Notes under the pieces: model-generated | Database searches by the model: none | Told to the model about the DNA's origin: nothing | Seen by the model: only the letters and a program-made list of their open reading frames with translations | Shown here: positions 57,336 through 64,000 of the stretch, piece after piece | Layout: each line of letters begins with the position of its first letter | Numbering within the stretch: position 1 is the stretch's first letter | Sequence record: MK817115.1 | Strand: one strand, 5' to 3' | DNA: 64,000 nt | Source of the DNA: Escherichia phage vB_EcoM_phAPEC6 | Made by a program: the position numbers and the translations under genes

Positions 57336-57797
57336 TTATTCTAAACGTGCATCCTCAATACCAGCGGCACGTAGTCTCACAATATTGTTTAACTGAAAAG
57401 CTTTCATCTCTAAGGATTTAACAATACTTGAATATGTATTTCTTATATAAGATACCTCGTTTATAAGTTCTGCTAACTCACAAACATCTTTATCACCTTC
57501 AACATACTTTTTACAGTCAGATGAAGATAGTGCACGGCGGTATCCTTCGAGAAAGTATTTGAACTTCTCGGCTTGTACCTGACGCATTTCAATTTCTAAC
57601 ATTTCCAATACTGCTTCAAGTTCTTGAAGCTGGCTTAGACGCGTCTCATGCCAGCCAGGAATCTCTTGAGCAATTTTTTCAATGATGCCAATCTTCTTTA
57701 CTTCACGACGAGCTTCTTCAACTTCTTTGTTAAAGAACTCAATCATTTCAATAATTTTAGATTTATCATCTTTGATAATCCAATGCCAAGGTTTCAT
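57336..57797 (-). CDS. hypothetical helical protein (153 aa)
   Basis: ORF between uvsX and exonuclease; sequence alone does not establish identity. Confidence 0.35.
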   Translation of the reverse strand: MKPWHWIIKDDKSKIIEMIEFFNKEVEEARREVKKIGIIEKIAQEIPGWHETRLSQLQELEAVLEMLEIEMRQVQAEKFKYFLEGYRRALSSSDCKKYVEGDKDVCELAELINEVSYIRNTYSSIVKSLEMKAFQLNNIVRLRAAGIEDARLE

Positions 57798-58915
57798 TAT
57801 TCCTCACTAATATCCACATCAGTACCAAAAGTTTCATCACCTTTTTCTTCTTCTTTAACTTCTTCAATCAAAGGATGATTTTTAAATTGATGCATTACCA
57901 AATCAAGACATGAATCTTCATTACGCATCCACTCTTTGCGATATTTTAGAATCTGTTCGCCAGTTACAATATCAACATACAATAGACGGTTACCTGATTT
58001 AGTGATTAGACCGTATTTTTCAAACATATCTAGTAGACCACTACGTGGGTCCATACCTTTATCCCAAGGAATTTTAATTTCTACATCTTCGAACGGCTTG
58101 TTGTAACGAGTCTTCATGACTTTACATTTAGCACGAATACCATTTACTTCGGAAGTTTTATTTCCGTCTTCATCTTCTTTAAGTTTTAATTTACCCATTG
58201 CGATAACCATAGATGAAGCATAAATCAAGCCACTACCACCTGAAACTTTAGGATCTGGGTTAAACATGTCCTGAGATTCATAACTGTGGTTAACGCAAAC
58301 CATACCAATGTTCAATGAACCAATAGAGTTTACACAGTTTGTGATATATGCTTTAAGCTGTTTGGGTTTATGACCCATGTCACCTTTAAGGTTACCCGCT
58401 TTCATTTGATCATTGGCTACTTCAGTGTTTAGCATACCAATTGAATCAATAATAAACAATACTTTTTGACGTTCATCTTTAGGTGTATTTTCGTATTCTT
58501 TACGATATCCTTCAATGAACTCATAGGTGAATTTTGCAACGTCACCAATCATACCCATATTGACTTTCAAAAGTTTTTCTTCAGAAGTGTCAACACCAAG
58601 TGCTTGAAGCCAATCTGAATCCAATGCGTTCTCTGAGTCAATCATAACAACAAAGATGCCTTGTTTTTGAGCTTCACGTGCAATATTACCAGATACGATA
58701 AAAGATTTACCACTACCTGATTCACCAGCAAACATCGTTACTTTGCCTAGTGGGATACCACGGTCAAAATAGCCACTGATGCGATAATTTAGTGCATAGT
58801 TACCAGTACTAACCCATGTATCTGGATCATGAAAACCAACACTAACACCAGTATTCTTTTTAACACTACCAGTACTGTTTTTAAGAATGTTCGCAAAACC
58901 ACTTGTCATTTTCAT
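57797..58915 (-). CDS. uvsX: UvsX RecA-like recombinase
   Basis: Walker A GESGSGKS and C-terminal DPRSGLLDM matching T4 UvsX DPYSGLLDM. Confidence 0.9.
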   Translation of the reverse strand: MKMTSGFANILKNSTGSVKKNTGVSVGFHDPDTWVSTGNYALNYRISGYFDRGIPLGKVTMFAGESGSGKSFIVSGNIAREAQKQGIFVVMIDSENALDSDWLQALGVDTSEEKLLKVNMGMIGDVAKFTYEFIEGYRKEYENTPKDERQKVLFIIDSIGMLNTEVANDQMKAGNLKGDMGHKPKQLKAYITNCVNSIGSLNIGMVCVNHSYESQDMFNPDPKVSGGSGLIYASSMVIAMGKLKLKEDEDGNKTSEVNGIRAKCKVMKTRYNKPFEDVEIKIPWDKGMDPRSGLLDMFEKYGLITKSGNRLLYVDIVTGEQILKYRKEWMRNEDSCLDLVMHQFKNHPLIEEVKEEEKGDETFGTDVDISEE

Positions 58916-58939
58916 AATTCGCTCCTTGAATTTTATGAA

Positions 58940-58967
58940 ATAAAACGGGGCAAACTCCGTTGCCCCT
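58940..58967 (-). terminator. intrinsic terminator-like hairpin (GGGGCAA-loop-TTGCCCC)
   Basis: GC-rich inverted repeat then TTTTATTT on minus strand between gp32-like and uvsX. Confidence 0.55.
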
Positions 58968-58984
58968 TAACTTTTCAAAAACTA

Positions 58985-60037
58985 TTACTTACCTTGTTGT
59001 TTCAAACGAGCAACTAGTGCAGATGCAGATAGTTGTTCTTTTGGTGCTTCAGGAGTGGTTGCTGCTGGGGTAGCGACTGGAGTTACTGGAGCAGCTTGTG
59101 GGGCTGGTGTAACTGGAGCAGTAGGTGCTACTGGTGCAGGTGCTGACTCTTGTTGTACTGGAGCAGGAGTTGGTTTTGATTCAGTAACAGTTCCAGAGTT
59201 AGGTTTTGGTACACCTGCTGGACGATATGCAAATGCCCAACGTGCTGGATCATATGCTTCACCATTTACTGATGCTTCGAACATTTCTTCAATTGCTTTC
59301 AACTCTTCTGGAGTTGGTTGTTTTGGCATAAAATCATTTAGATTGTATAGGCCATATTTTTCAATTGCTGCTAGTTCTTCTTCGTTTAGTGGACGCTCAG
59401 ACATGGAGAATTGAGACATGTCGTAGCTATTATAACCACCACCATTCTTAGTTTTAACAATACCAAAATCACGACCTTGAACGTAGTGAGTTGGAGACTC
59501 TTTGATGCCTGGATTTAGCAGGATGGATTTAACTTTATCAAAGATATCTTTGTTAGCCAGAATACGACGAATTGGATTTTCTGGTGCAATGTCGTCTTTT
59601 ACTGCAACGCTATCAGGAGCAATAAAACATTGCATTAGATAGGTTTTCTTCTTCCAGTAACGACCAGCCATTGCTTTTAGTTCTTCGTTCCCTGTTTCAT
59701 TCGCACTTTGGAACCATTGACGTACTTCTTTCAGAACCGGACAGGATTTAGGAACCCACATTTCGTTACAAGGTACTTGAACGGTAACTTTATCAGTGTG
59801 CATACCGACTACACCATTGAAAGTTAGGTTAATCATGTCACGTTCACGCCAGAAGAATGGGTTAGACTCATCTGCATCTGGTAGAAAACGTAGGTTTAGT
59901 GGTTCGTTATAAGGTACGTTCCAGAAAGCTAAGAACGAATCAGCTTTACGCTCGCCAGTAAATGTACCATTCTTTTGAGCTTCTGCTTTTTCTTGTTCTG
60001 CTTTTAGGTGTGCACGAATTTCAGCTAGAGATTTCAT
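58985..60037 (-). CDS. gp32: single-stranded DNA-binding protein (gp32-like)
   Basis: LRFLPDADESNPFF matches T4 gp32 IRFLPSKNDEQAPF core; C-terminal Pro/Ala/Thr-rich linker; strong AAGGAAG RBS. Confidence 0.8.
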   Translation of the reverse strand: MKSLAEIRAHLKAEQEKAEAQKNGTFTGERKADSFLAFWNVPYNEPLNLRFLPDADESNPFFWRERDMINLTFNGVVGMHTDKVTVQVPCNEMWVPKSCPVLKEVRQWFQSANETGNEELKAMAGRYWKKKTYLMQCFIAPDSVAVKDDIAPENPIRRILANKDIFDKVKSILLNPGIKESPTHYVQGRDFGIVKTKNGGGYNSYDMSQFSMSERPLNEEELAAIEKYGLYNLNDFMPKQPTPEELKAIEEMFEASVNGEAYDPARWAFAYRPAGVPKPNSGTVTESKPTPAPVQQESAPAPVAPTAPVTPAPQAAPVTPVATPAATTPEAPKEQLSASALVARLKQQGK

Positions 60038-60124
60038 ATATATCTTCCTTGATTTTGGGTTTCTTTGTTATTTGTTAATTGGCTTCAATGTTTCAGAAAC
60101 TTCATTGTTCCTTCAACGTTTTAC

Positions 60125-60133
60125 ATTATAGCA
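60125..60133 (-). promoter_or_regulatory. extended -10 promoter element (TGcTATAAT) upstream of gp32-like gene
   Basis: TGnTATAAT on minus strand about 90 nt upstream of the start; no good -35. Confidence 0.35.
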
Positions 60134-60164
60134 CAGGTTTTTATACTGTCCCATATTTTTTTAA

Positions 60165-63999
<3,835 letters not shown>

Positions 64000-64000
64000 A

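Noticed and set aside
57336-57797. 153-aa ORF next to uvsX as UvsY
   Set aside because: Position and helical character are suggestive, but the sequence resemblance to T4 UvsY is too weak to call.
59055-59414. Plus-strand ORFs embedded inside minus-strand genes (for example 216-437, 5016-5204, 7032-7427, 10368-10595, 14763-15122, 25951-26187, 44273-44578, 55331-55696, 59055-59414)
   Set aside because: They lie antisense within well-supported genes, have low-complexity composition (59055-59414 is the Gly/Ala mirror of the gp32 Pro/Ala/Thr linker) and lack start context; treated as shadow ORFs.

Overview
This window reads as about 64 kb from a virulent, AT-rich (roughly one-third GC by eye) tailed phage with a T4-like replication and recombination toolkit, but not in T4 gene order. 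About 90 ORFs are packed head-to-tail, almost all on the minus strand, with many 1-20 nt overlaps; the only plus-strand genes are at 35216-36573 and 51156-51509. Confidently recognised products, all identified by motif reading and recalled family signatures rather than database searches: NrdA/NrdB, split topoisomerase II (gp39/gp52-like), Dda, UvsW, UvsX, gp32 SSB, gp41 helicase, gp61 primase, gp44 clamp loader, GroES-like co-chaperonin, bacterial-type RNase HI, DHFR, terminase large subunit, and a C5-cytosine methyltransferase. No tRNA, CRISPR array or transposase was seen. The candidates for something undescribed are: (1) a tandem array of nine small diverged paralogs at 579-7315 sharing only a short C-proximal block; (2) two small ORFs about 30 kb apart that look like consecutive pieces of a miniaturised DnaE (Pol III alpha)-like catalytic core; (3) a phage-encoded IF3 homolog behind a consensus sigma70-type promoter; (4) a NADAR-domain protein; (5) a LemA-like/TPM-like membrane pair. 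Intergenic regions carry many hairpin plus T-tract terminators, and one T4-late-type TATAAATA motif sits upstream of an 806-aa ORF.
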